Part shown: in pieces, positions 15,161 through 23,390 of the stretch
Numbering within the stretch: the first letter of the stretch is position 1
How the letters are laid out: each line of letters opens with the position of its first letter
From: an uncultured Bacteroidales bacterium
Lineage (GTDB): Bacteria > Bacteroidota > Bacteroidia > Bacteroidales > ML635J-15
DNA length: 64,000 bases
Direction of reading: 5' to 3'
NCBI GenBank assembly: GCA_964615585.1
Contig: CAZTNS010000002.1
Location: 625-64,624 of the forward strand
Position numbers and translations under genes: made by a program
Notes under the pieces: model-generated
Told to the model about the DNA's origin: nothing
The model's database searches: none
The model's input: only the letters and a program-made list of their open reading frames with translations

Positions 15161-17557
15161 TCAAAAATTCAACCGGTACAAAAACATCGGGAAAAACCCC
15201 TGCTGGTAGTTATACACAACCTCTTTGGTTCTTTGGTCATAGGTTTGGCTGAACACATTATTGTGGTTAGTGATGTTTTGAAGGTCCAGCGCCCATTCCT
15301 GGGATACCTTTTTGCCACTCACTTTTAAACTGATGCGTCCATCAAGACGGAAATATGCAGGACCGCGTTTATTGTAAGCTTCGGCATAATCGTAAACGGT
15401 ATAATTGTTGGCTTCAGAAGCATCTTCATCAATAGCCATGAGCGGATTGCCACCGGCATAAACCGTTTTTACATTGACATCAATGAGCATGTTTTTGTTG
15501 ATGTTAAATTCGGTACCTCCGAGGGCATTGATCACAAATTGGTTGTTGAATGCCGTGTTGTGCCATTGGCCGTCAGGGTTCTTAAATTCTGATTCAAACA
15601 ATGAGGCCGTGATCAAAAAATAACAGGATTTGCTCAGAAATTTTTCAAGCGTAAATTCAATCCCATAATTACGTCCCAAACCAGCGTTTTTTAAGCTGTC
15701 AATGCGTGGAAAATTAAACCCTGCACCAAAATTTACGTTCGAAAATACCGAACGAACAGGAATATCATACAAGTATTGGTAATAAGATTCGGTTTTCAAG
15801 CGCAGGTCAGGTGTAATCATAAAATCCCACGATAAAACGCTTTGATGCGATTTCGTGAAATCAAGAGAACGGTTGCTCATCACATAGGTATCCACAGACT
15901 CAAGAGAGGATTGGGTAAAGTACGTGATGCCGGGGTGCATCATGGAATGCAATCCATATCCGGCACTTAAACGGTGTTGTGGATTGAGGTCATAGGCAAT
16001 GCTCAGGCGCGGCTCAACGGAGGTTGAAGTATTGAATTCAAGATATTGGCCATGTAAGCCGCCATACAGCGTCAGATCATCGGTAAATTTATGTTTCCAC
16101 TGCATGTATGCCTGTAGCAGGTGTAAATCTTTATTGCTGACATCGGTGTTGATGTGATACCTGTAAACCGGTTCATTGTTGAGTGTATCAATTCGGTTCA
16201 ACGCACTGTCCAGGTAGTTAACCCTGGTTTGCTGAAAATTTATCCCTGTCTCAACATAATTCCTGTGGTTGATTTTTGTGCTCAGCTTTGTCCCTGCATG
16301 CAACTTATATTCACGGTTTTGTTCTTTAAAATACAACATCTCTTTTTCAATTTCTGACTGATTGTCATCAGTGTATTTTAGGCTGTCAACGGTGGTTTGA
16401 ACCTGATAAGCCGATGCTGACACATGGGTTTTGATACGGGTGTTTTCATTGATAAAAATCAAGTGATTGGCCAAAACAGTTCCCATATCCGAACCATTTC
16501 TGGTGTTCGCCCCGGCTGTATTTCCATACGTGTTGTCATTGTCAGCATCTTGTTCAAACACAATGTGTGAGGTTCCTCCAATGCCGGTGAGGCTGAATGT
16601 TCCTGCTTTCTTTGTAGGGAAATGAAATTTAAAAGACAAGTCCTGGTATTGCGGCACAGCACCACCTGCAACATCAATGCCCAGGGCATCCATCACGCCA
16701 AGCGTGGAATACCGGTAATTTAACAGGTAAGTTGACCTGCCCTTTTTACTGAAAGGGCCTTCTGTTCCCAGTTCAAAACCGTTGAAACCTACCTGAAAGA
16801 CATGTTGCCGGGTGGTGTTGTTGCCGTGGCGCATGTTTAAATCAAAAACCCCGGATATGGCATTCCCGTATTCCGCCGGAAATGCCCCCGTGAAAAAATC
16901 GGAATTGGTCAGCAAATTGTTGTTGAGCATACTGACAGGGCCGCCGGTACTACCCATGGCGCCAAAATGGTTGGGGTTTGGAATGGGCACGCCGTCAAGA
17001 CGCCATAACAAACCTGTGGGGCTGTTACCCCGGATAATGATGTCGTTGCGCTGGTCGCCCGCTGAAATAACCCCGGCAAAATTTTGTACCATACGTGAAG
17101 GGTCGCCCAGGGCACCGGCATACCGCTCAGTTTCTTCCTTGTTGAAAGAGCGGGCACTTACGGAAGCCATTTTGTTTATTGGCTTATTCTTGTTGTAATC
17201 TGCTTTTATAACCACCTCATCAAGCTGTTCAACCATGGGCATTAATTCAAATTCCAGGTAAAGTTCATTTCCGCTTTGGATCAACACATTGCGTTTTATC
17301 GAAGCTTTGTATCCCAGAAATGAGGCACGGATGTCATACCTTCCCACCGGTAAGTCATGAAGTTTAAATTCGCCCCTGTCATCTGCCATTGTGCCCATCC
17401 CATCGTGGTCTAAAATAACAATGTTGGTGCCTGGTATGGGCTTTTGAGTTTCTGCATCCCTGACGATCCCACGCAATGATTGTGTAGAGAGAGATTCCTG
17501 TGAAAATAGCGGGACAAATATAAACACCATAAACAAAAAAGTTATTCCTGTTCTCAT
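15161..17557 (-). CDS. TonB-dependent receptor with N-terminal carboxypeptidase-regulatory-like domain
   Basis: 798 aa with a signal peptide. A CarboxypepD_reg-like segment (GIVRDAETQKPIPGTNIVILD...GRYDIRASFLGYK) is followed by plug-like and long beta-barrel sequence ending ...FLYRLNF. Confidence 0.85.
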   Translation of the reverse strand: MRTGITFLFMVFIFVPLFSQESLSTQSLRGIVRDAETQKPIPGTNIVILDHDGMGTMADDRGEFKLHDLPVGRYDIRASFLGYKASIKRNVLIQSGNELYLEFELMPMVEQLDEVVIKADYNKNKPINKMASVSARSFNKEETERYAGALGDPSRMVQNFAGVISAGDQRNDIIIRGNSPTGLLWRLDGVPIPNPNHFGAMGSTGGPVSMLNNNLLTNSDFFTGAFPAEYGNAISGVFDLNMRHGNNTTRQHVFQVGFNGFELGTEGPFSKKGRSTYLLNYRYSTLGVMDALGIDVAGGAVPQYQDLSFKFHFPTKKAGTFSLTGIGGTSHIVFEQDADNDNTYGNTAGANTRNGSDMGTVLANHLIFINENTRIKTHVSASAYQVQTTVDSLKYTDDNQSEIEKEMLYFKEQNREYKLHAGTKLSTKINHRNYVETGINFQQTRVNYLDSALNRIDTLNNEPVYRYHINTDVSNKDLHLLQAYMQWKHKFTDDLTLYGGLHGQYLEFNTSTSVEPRLSIAYDLNPQHRLSAGYGLHSMMHPGITYFTQSSLESVDTYVMSNRSLDFTKSHQSVLSWDFMITPDLRLKTESYYQYLYDIPVRSVFSNVNFGAGFNFPRIDSLKNAGLGRNYGIEFTLEKFLSKSCYFLITASLFESEFKNPDGQWHNTAFNNQFVINALGGTEFNINKNMLIDVNVKTVYAGGNPLMAIDEDASEANNYTVYDYAEAYNKRGPAYFRLDGRISLKVSGKKVSQEWALDLQNITNHNNVFSQTYDQRTKEVVYNYQQGFFPMFLYRLNF

Positions 17558-17695
17558 ACCATGGATATATTAGAAAGACACTTCATATTTTTATAATCAA
17601 TTTTCAACTTTCATTACCTTTCCCACGTAATCGGGATAAAACTGACCATGATAAAAAATTGTGCTTAAGTGCAAAAATCACAATTATCATAACAT

Positions 17696-19141
17696 TTACG
17701 TTTCATACCTGAATGAAAAAATCCAAAAACCAACAAAACACAATCCCCCGTTAAGCAGGAGCAGTTCGTATGCAAAAACATAACCCCAGAATTCCTGTGT
17801 CATTTGATTGACGAAAAAACTAATTACCGGTGCCAATACAGCAACGGGAGCAACAAATTTCATTTGGAGTTGCCGGCGGGTAAGCATACCAAAAGCAAAC
17901 ATGCCAAGCAAAGGGCCGTAGGTATAGCTTGCCACAGTAAAAATAGAATCCACCACAGACCTGTCTTTTACCATTCCAAAAATCAAGATAACCCCAATCA
18001 GCACTACTGACATTCCGACATGAACCTGTTTTCTGACTGTTTTAAGTTTTTTCTCAGGCAATTTCTCTGCCTGGAGGATATCCACCGTAAAAGATGTTGT
18101 CAGTGCTGTCAATGCTGAGTCAGCTGATGAATATGCTGAAGCCGTGAGGCCAAGGATAAACATTGCCAGCACCACATTCCCGAGATGCGATTTTGCTAAC
18201 AAGGGGTAAAGTATATCACCATCAGCCGGAAGGGGAACGCCAGAGTTTTGTGAAAATATTACAAGCAATACCCCCAGGCTGAGAAAAAGTAAATTAAAGG
18301 GAATAAATGCAAGACCGTAGCTGATCATGTTCATTTTGGCATCTTTCAGATTGCGGCACGATAGATTTTTTTGCATCATGTCCTGATCAAGTCCGGTCAT
18401 AACAATGGTTATAAGCATACCTGACAAAAATTGTTTTATAAAATGCTGCCTGCTTTGCCAGTTGTCAAAAACAAACATGCGTGAATAGTCACTTTCCTTT
18501 ATGGCATCGATCAACCCCAAAGCAGATAAATCCATTTGTTTGCCGATTATAACAATGGTGGTTATCAGTGCTGTAAGCATCAGTGCTGTTTGCATCATAT
18601 CTGTCCAGATGATGGTACGTATGCCACCGCGATAAGTATATAGCCAAATAAAGATGATGGTAACAATAACAGTGATCCAAAAAGGAATATTCCATGCATC
18701 AAAAATGACAAGTTGCAATACGGATGCCACAATGTACAACCGAAAGGATGCCCCGATAATTCTGCTTATCAGAAAAAAAGCAGCACCTGTTTTATATGCA
18801 GCCAAACCAAATCGCTTATCAAGGTATCCGTATATGGATGTAAGGTTTAGTTTATAATACAATGGCAACAGGACAAAAGCAATGGTAAGGTACCCGAGAA
18901 AATACCCAAACACCATTTGCATGTAAGTAAAATCCGTGTCAAGCACCCAACCTGGAACAGAAATGAAGCTTACGCCTGACAACGATGCTCCCAACATACC
19001 AAAAGCAACAACAAACCAGGGTGATTTACGGTTACCAAGAAAAAACCCGGCATTGGTTGCATTCCTGGACGTAAACTGAGATATCAGCATCAGTAAGATG
19101 AAATATCCCAGTATTAATCCGAGTATTGTCAATGGTGTCAT
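17696..19141 (-). CDS. sodium:solute symporter family transporter
   Basis: 481 aa and highly hydrophobic, with about 13 predicted helices. Sequence is SSF-like (e.g. GGIRTIIWTDMMQT). Substrate is unknown. Confidence 0.7.
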   Translation of the reverse strand: MTPLTILGLILGYFILLMLISQFTSRNATNAGFFLGNRKSPWFVVAFGMLGASLSGVSFISVPGWVLDTDFTYMQMVFGYFLGYLTIAFVLLPLYYKLNLTSIYGYLDKRFGLAAYKTGAAFFLISRIIGASFRLYIVASVLQLVIFDAWNIPFWITVIVTIIFIWLYTYRGGIRTIIWTDMMQTALMLTALITTIVIIGKQMDLSALGLIDAIKESDYSRMFVFDNWQSRQHFIKQFLSGMLITIVMTGLDQDMMQKNLSCRNLKDAKMNMISYGLAFIPFNLLFLSLGVLLVIFSQNSGVPLPADGDILYPLLAKSHLGNVVLAMFILGLTASAYSSADSALTALTTSFTVDILQAEKLPEKKLKTVRKQVHVGMSVVLIGVILIFGMVKDRSVVDSIFTVASYTYGPLLGMFAFGMLTRRQLQMKFVAPVAVLAPVISFFVNQMTQEFWGYVFAYELLLLNGGLCFVGFWIFSFRYET

Positions 19142-19291
19142 GCGCCGAAGATAAAGATATTTTCAAAGATGTAAAAGCGGGAAATAAGAAATAGTGGAAT
19201 TGTATTGCCCCTGAATAAGTCTGACATAATTGTCAATAAAAATTGGTAGGTTCTACCACGAATTTAATGGAAAAGTTTTTTTGCAAAAAAA

Positions 19292-19629
19292 GGTTCTACT
19301 GCAATTTTAATGGGTTGTGATTAGCCGGCTGTTTACCTAATCCTTTTGTGTAATACCGGTAATTTTCAGTTCTGAAGTACGAAAATAGGTGTATAATCAC
19401 CTTTTCTATGTGATCCTATGTGAACTACTGTGGTTCAAAAATTTGGAAACATCTCAGGTTGGAACCACAATAGGCACAGTAGAACACATAGGAATTCACA
19501 TAGAATTAGCCATAAAAACCTTCTGGTTAATCATTGAATGGATTAGAGAAAATCATAAAGAATAAGTAAAATTACATAAATTTTCACTTTCAGATATTCC
19601 TGGTTTTCCACTAAGTTTGCAGTAGAACC
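19292..19629 (+). mobile_element. inner MITE 1 (338 bp) with 8-bp TSD
   Basis: Its ends are GGTTCTACTGCAATTTTAATGG (19292-19313) and CCACTAAGTTTGCAGTAGAACC (19608-19629). It is flanked by CAAAAAAA on both sides (19284-19291 and 19630-19637). Its cargo is a long micro-repeat hairpin (19404-19505). Confidence 0.8.
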
Positions 19630-19638
19630 CAAAAAAAA

Positions 19639-19965
19639 GGTTTTACTGTTATTTTAATGGAAGACCACTTTATATCGAAGCCGCTTCGACATCGCTCACT
19701 TCGGCTGCGCTCAGTACATCGCAGCACATCGCATTCAGGCTTCGTTTCCGGATACACGTATTGTTCCCTGCCTATTAATGTAACCCAACATGAGTTGCGG
19801 CTGCACCTTACCGCCCCCGAAAGGTGGTGTGCTGAACCTGTCGAAGTAAGTCAAACATGAGTAACCACGGGTGAATCCGTGGCACAAAAGCCTTTACACA
19901 CATGCCAAAAATTAAAAATATAGATGTTCAAACAACCATCTTTCCACTTAGTTTACAGCAGAACC
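19639..19965 (+). mobile_element. inner MITE 2 (327 bp)
   Basis: Its ends are GGTTTTACTGTTATTTTAATGG (19639-19660) and CCACTTAGTTTACAGCAGAACC (19944-19965), with the same asymmetric end types as MITE 1. No clear TSD is visible. The cargo is a GC-richer phrase-like repeat segment. Confidence 0.65.
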
Positions 19966-20212
19966 TAAGTTTACATTGTACACTATATCTTTACCCATTA
20001 AAATAACAGTAGAACCAATTGGTAATTATGCAAACCGACAAAAAAAAATGAAAGTTTACAAAAGACAGAAACTTCAGATTTACAAATATCAATCATTGGC
20101 ATACCAACGAAGCCGGTTGAGCCCTTACTATACTATTATTGCGAGCATAATCCGTTAATTTTGAGTTGGATATGGCTATAGTCGCAAAAAATGAACGATG
20201 GATGCGGCCTGC

Positions 20213-20965
20213 TTAAAAATTAACGCTCAAGATCAAATCAATATAATCACCACGGAAATCAAAATAATCGTCTTGCACGTTATTTACAAAAACCTCTCTA
20301 CTGTCGTCTTTTTCATTGTTCATAAATATATAATAAGCCAGTTCAGGACTATATTGTACGGAGACAACAACATTGTCGGATAAGAGTATATCAACTCCCA
20401 GATTAAAATCAATACCAAGTTTAAAAAAATCAGCACGGTACCATCCCAACATATTTTGTTCATATGGGGGGATAATGCTTTCTATAGGATAATCGCTGAA
20501 AGATTTTTCATATTGGTAATATGATTTACCAAAATGGTGATATCCGCCCATAGCTCCAATGCCGTAATAAAACCTGAATCCGTCAACCGGCATATATCTT
20601 TCGTAACCTATGCGCATATCAAGTGTGAAAATATTGTTGTTGTATTGCCTCAGAGTGACATTGGTATCACCAACGTGGACAATATCCATCCGTTTATCCT
20701 GTGAATTGAAATTAATGTAATTGGCACTAAAACGAATGCCTGATTTTTTCCAATTGTGCTTATACTGAACAAACAATTTTGTTGAAGGTAAAACACCACC
20801 GCCAACCATACCAAATGCAGGATATACATTCAGACCCACAAAATTTCCCTGCCACAGTGTGTCAGTGCTTGTACTGTCTTCAGAAGTAGCGGGTTCATCC
20901 TGTGCAAAGGACATGGTGATCACAAAGAGTGAAACACACAACAAGATTACAGTTTTAACATTCAT
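20213..20965 (-). CDS. hypothetical outer-membrane beta-barrel protein
   Basis: 250 aa with a signal peptide (...MSFAQ). It has an alternating aromatic/aliphatic strand pattern and a C-terminal ...LILSVNF. Confidence 0.5.
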   Translation of the reverse strand: MNVKTVILLCVSLFVITMSFAQDEPATSEDSTSTDTLWQGNFVGLNVYPAFGMVGGGVLPSTKLFVQYKHNWKKSGIRFSANYINFNSQDKRMDIVHVGDTNVTLRQYNNNIFTLDMRIGYERYMPVDGFRFYYGIGAMGGYHHFGKSYYQYEKSFSDYPIESIIPPYEQNMLGWYRADFFKLGIDFNLGVDILLSDNVVVSVQYSPELAYYIFMNNEKDDSREVFVNNVQDDYFDFRGDYIDLILSVNF

Positions 20966-21037
20966 AATATATGGTTTTAATTAAATAAAAAACTTCATTA
21001 AAGATACAAAAGATATGACAAAATCAATCATACTATA

Positions 21038-22675
21038 TTAACGTGAAATCCCGTCAATTGTTTCATCACCAACTGAAGAAGGTTGCGGGATGTCCATCAT
21101 TTCACAAATAACATAGGTTATGCCTGATATGTTCACTGGGTGTGAGATTTCACCTTTCTTTACCCTCCATCCATAAAACAACAGAGGTACATGAGCGTCA
21201 TATGCATAACAGGTATTGTGATCTGCTGAATAGCTAACATCCTTGATCCAACCGGGTTTCAAGGCTATCATGACATCACCGGAACGTTTTTGATGGAAAG
21301 AGTTCTGCATCTTCATAAATATGCCGGAAGTATAATTTGTTCGTTGTAAATCATATGCAGTCATTGAATTGGTAACGCCGGGTGTGGACAAAACAAATTG
21401 CGCCACTTTGTATTGCACATCAGCAAGCTCAAGTCCGGCATCTTCGATAAGAATCCGGTTTAGGTAAATTTGCTGGTTGTGATAATCACGTACCCAGTCT
21501 CCTTTGCCGTAAACAATATTCAGATACGACTTTAACAAGGCCATCATGTAATGGTGTTTGAACGTACCGCCGGGCAGCTTCTCTTTTTTACGGTATTCCG
21601 GATTGCTGCCAAATCCGCTTGGTGAAGTCAGAAAAAACAATGTAGATTGTTTTCCCACACGGTCTTCGATGACTTTCACAAGATGAGTAATCTCTTTATC
21701 CAGACGTAAAATCAGATCCTGCATTTGTTTGGAATCGGGGCCAAAATATTTTCCAATGTTTTCACTAACATGATAATTGATCATCAATACATCCGGCGTA
21801 TCATCTACGCCCAATTGTTCCTCTATCAGGCAATGTACTGCAAAATCAGTAGTCATGGTATTCCCTTCAGGAATCATTTTTATGAATTTACTTCCTGTAT
21901 AATGCGATTTAATGTCCTCATACACAAATGGAAAAGTTTTAAATTCTGCATCAAAACCATATTCAAAAGCATTGGAATCAGGACGTGAATGTTTGTATTC
22001 AGATAATGACTCCAGGGGATTCCAGGTACGTTCAAAATATACCTCCGGGTATTTGTTTTCATTGAATTCATTTACCCAACCGGGAAGTTCTTCCATATAG
22101 TATGAACTGCTTACAAAATTGCCTGTAAAGTCATCCAGCCAGTATGCCGCATCAGCCTTGTAACCCCCGCTTATAACAGCAGCGGAGGGATCGAGTGATA
22201 CGCTGAATACTTTAGATTCATTCCGAAAATACATTTTAATGGCATCACTGAACGTTTCAGTCATGAGTTGATCAGGAGAACAGGCATTGTCTTTATTAAC
22301 AGTTCCCACCGGATAATAATCCTGATTTTGTACCGCATGTATGCCGTCTTCTTTGAGTGTTTCATACCAATAATCTGCCACTATACCATGCCATGAAGGG
22401 TCAGATCCGGTAACAATGGTAGCATAGCCGGGCGCCCTTTGGGTGAACATATAGTTATAACTTGCATGTTTGCAAAATGCCCCCTGTTTCATGAGTTTTT
22501 TCATGCCGTTTTCATGCATCAGATCAAGGTTCCTTTGTACATCATCATACCCGATGCCATCAATGACAATGCCCACAACAAGCCGGGGATAACCGGAAGG
22601 CGGATTATAGCTTTGTGAAAAACCTGATGTCAATGCCATACACATTAGCAGGCAAATTGTTGTATATTTTATCAT
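21038..22675 (-). CDS. alkaline phosphatase superfamily protein (nucleotide pyrophosphatase/phosphodiesterase-like)
   Basis: 545 aa with a signal peptide. The metal-site region is VVGIVIDGIGYDDV, followed by ...ATIVTGSDPSWHGIVAD and a C-terminal ...DHNTCYAYDAHVPLLFYG, typical of the AP/ENPP fold. Confidence 0.7.
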   Translation of the reverse strand: MIKYTTICLLMCMALTSGFSQSYNPPSGYPRLVVGIVIDGIGYDDVQRNLDLMHENGMKKLMKQGAFCKHASYNYMFTQRAPGYATIVTGSDPSWHGIVADYWYETLKEDGIHAVQNQDYYPVGTVNKDNACSPDQLMTETFSDAIKMYFRNESKVFSVSLDPSAAVISGGYKADAAYWLDDFTGNFVSSSYYMEELPGWVNEFNENKYPEVYFERTWNPLESLSEYKHSRPDSNAFEYGFDAEFKTFPFVYEDIKSHYTGSKFIKMIPEGNTMTTDFAVHCLIEEQLGVDDTPDVLMINYHVSENIGKYFGPDSKQMQDLILRLDKEITHLVKVIEDRVGKQSTLFFLTSPSGFGSNPEYRKKEKLPGGTFKHHYMMALLKSYLNIVYGKGDWVRDYHNQQIYLNRILIEDAGLELADVQYKVAQFVLSTPGVTNSMTAYDLQRTNYTSGIFMKMQNSFHQKRSGDVMIALKPGWIKDVSYSADHNTCYAYDAHVPLLFYGWRVKKGEISHPVNISGITYVICEMMDIPQPSSVGDETIDGISR

Positions 22676-22804
22676 TCTGTAATAATTTGTACAAAATTAA
22701 AGATTTTTTTGTAAGTATATCCGGAATCTAGTTCCTTATCAGAAATATCCTCGCACAGTTTTTTAAATACCGGAAAATGGATTTTTGCATCCTGCTTACA
22801 CAAC

Positions 22805-22833
22805 AAAAGCCGCCCGGAAATCCGAACGGCTTT
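22805..22833 (-). terminator. rho-independent terminator candidate downstream of tRNA-Lys
   Basis: The minus strand reads AAAGCCG-(14 nt loop)-CGGCTTTTGTTG, directly after the tRNA 3' end. Confidence 0.5.
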
Positions 22834-22843
22834 ATTCTCCTCG

Positions 22844-22916
22844 TGACTGATCGGAGGTTCGAACTCCGGACCCTCTGCTTAAAAGGCAGATGCTCTACCT
22901 GCTGAGCTAATCAGTC
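22844..22916 (-). tRNA. tRNA-Lys(TTT): tRNA-Lys (anticodon TTT)
   Basis: Hand-folded 73-nt cloverleaf. Acceptor is GACTGAT/ATCAGTC; D arm is GCTC-AGCAGGTA-GAGC; anticodon arm is TCTGC-CTTTTAA-GCAGA; variable loop is GGGTC. T arm is CGGAG-TTCGAAC-CTCCG; discriminator is A; CCA is not encoded. Confidence 0.95.
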
Positions 22917-22941
22917 AACCTTGTTCCCTCAATTGGGAGTG

Positions 22942-22949
22942 CAAAGATA
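22942..22949 (-). promoter_or_regulatory. Bacteroidota -7 promoter box candidate for tRNA-Lys
   Basis: The minus strand TATCTTTG matches the TAnnTTTG consensus about 25 nt upstream of the tRNA 5' end. Confidence 0.4.
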
Positions 22950-23062
22950 GAGGCTGTATTTTAAAATCCAAAATAAATTGTTGATTTTTTCCTTATTTTT
23001 TTTTCAGGGAAAATTTATCGACATACCATCCCTGCCGTTACAGTGTCTCAATATAGATTTGA

Positions 23063-23136
23063 GTTCTTTTTTAGTACCCAGTAAAAATAATTGCACTAAA
23101 CAAAAAGCAACTGGAAAAGTTACATGTAAGTATGTC
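23063..23136 (+). repeat. approx 70-bp dispersed repeat (copy 2, opposite orientation to 14925-14998)
   Basis: ...CTTTTTTAGTACCCAGTAAAAATAATTGCACTAAACAAAAAGCAACTGGAAAAGTTACATGTAAG... It is preceded by a truncated remnant of the hairpin right end (GTGTCT...TTTGAGTTCTTTTTTAGTA). Confidence 0.8.
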
Positions 23137-23360
23137 AGCAGCATCGGTTATTTTGTTATTACCAGGGATTTCATACAATAAGGAAGGGATTAAATATACA
23201 AAGAAAACAACACACAAAACCTTCCCTGAGTAAAGTTGATAATTGACAAATCATTTTAAGATAATTTTAAGCAAACTTCAAAATACACATTAGAGACATT
23301 CCGTTTGCGTTTAGTATTTATTATATTGTAAAAGGTTCTTGTTATTTGTTACGAAAACAC

Positions 23361-23368
23361 TAATTTTG
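23361..23368 (+). promoter_or_regulatory. -7 promoter box candidate for batD
   Basis: TAATTTTG matches TAnnTTTG, 23 nt upstream of the ATG at 23391. Confidence 0.4.
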
Positions 23369-23390
23369 TGAGGCATATAATAACATTGAG

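Larger units (their letters stand above)
19249..20016. mobile_element. outer TIR-bounded non-autonomous element (MITE-like) with 8-bp target site duplication
   Basis: The left TIR is GGTTCTACCACGAATTTAATGG (19249-19270). The right TIR is CCATTAAAATAACAGTAGAACC (19995-20016). AATTGGTA is duplicated at 19241-19248 and 20017-20024, while the uninterrupted paralog at 44.4 kb has a single copy of that site. Confidence 0.85.
19207..20090 (+). mobile_element. IS-end fragment (terminal approx 40 bp plus first approx 20 codons of a transposase-like HTH ORF) split by a MITE nest
   Basis: 19207-19248 plus 20017-approx 20088 align collinearly (about 85-90% by eye) with the reverse complement of 44330-44447 (GCCCC[TC]GAATAAGTCTGACATAATT[GA]TCAATAAAAATT[GA]GTAATTATGCAAAC...AAAGTTTACAAAAGA.CAGAA.CTTCAGAT). 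No intact transposase is present. Confidence 0.7.

Noticed and set aside
17558-17695. A possible riboswitch (cobalamin or TPP) in the leader of the TonB-dependent receptor gene.
   Set aside because: The region is only 138 nt and A+T-rich. It lacks the B12 box and the TPP CUGAGA/ACCUGAU motifs.
19780-19850. GAGTTGCGGCTGCACC...GGTGTGCTGAACC looked vaguely like a group II intron domain V or another structured ribozyme fragment.
   Set aside because: The proposed helices do not pair (GGCTG versus TGCTG). There is no AGC triad or GNRA context, no IEP/RT ORF, and the segment is better explained as one arm of the phrase-like inverted repeats.
19657-19860. Small ORFs inside repeats: 19657-19860 (67 aa), 19976-20158, 12457-12684 and 55615-55806, plus the mini-ORFs MRNATKALRHQ... 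in the hairpin elements.
   Set aside because: Their sequences are direct read-through of phased micro-repeats or MITE ends (e.g. SLRLRSVHRSTSHSGF). The reading frame is not conserved between repeat copies.
19249-20016. Six copies of an approx 22-nt repeat (GGTTCTACTG..TTTAATGG) that could be taken for a CRISPR array. The TTCTACTGTT stretch also superficially recalls Cas12a-type repeats.
   Set aside because: The copies are in mixed orientation, forming inverted pairs. Spacing is irregular (21, about 295, 9, about 284 and 29 nt). Target-site duplications flank the pairs, and no cas genes are present. They behave as transposon terminal inverted repeats.
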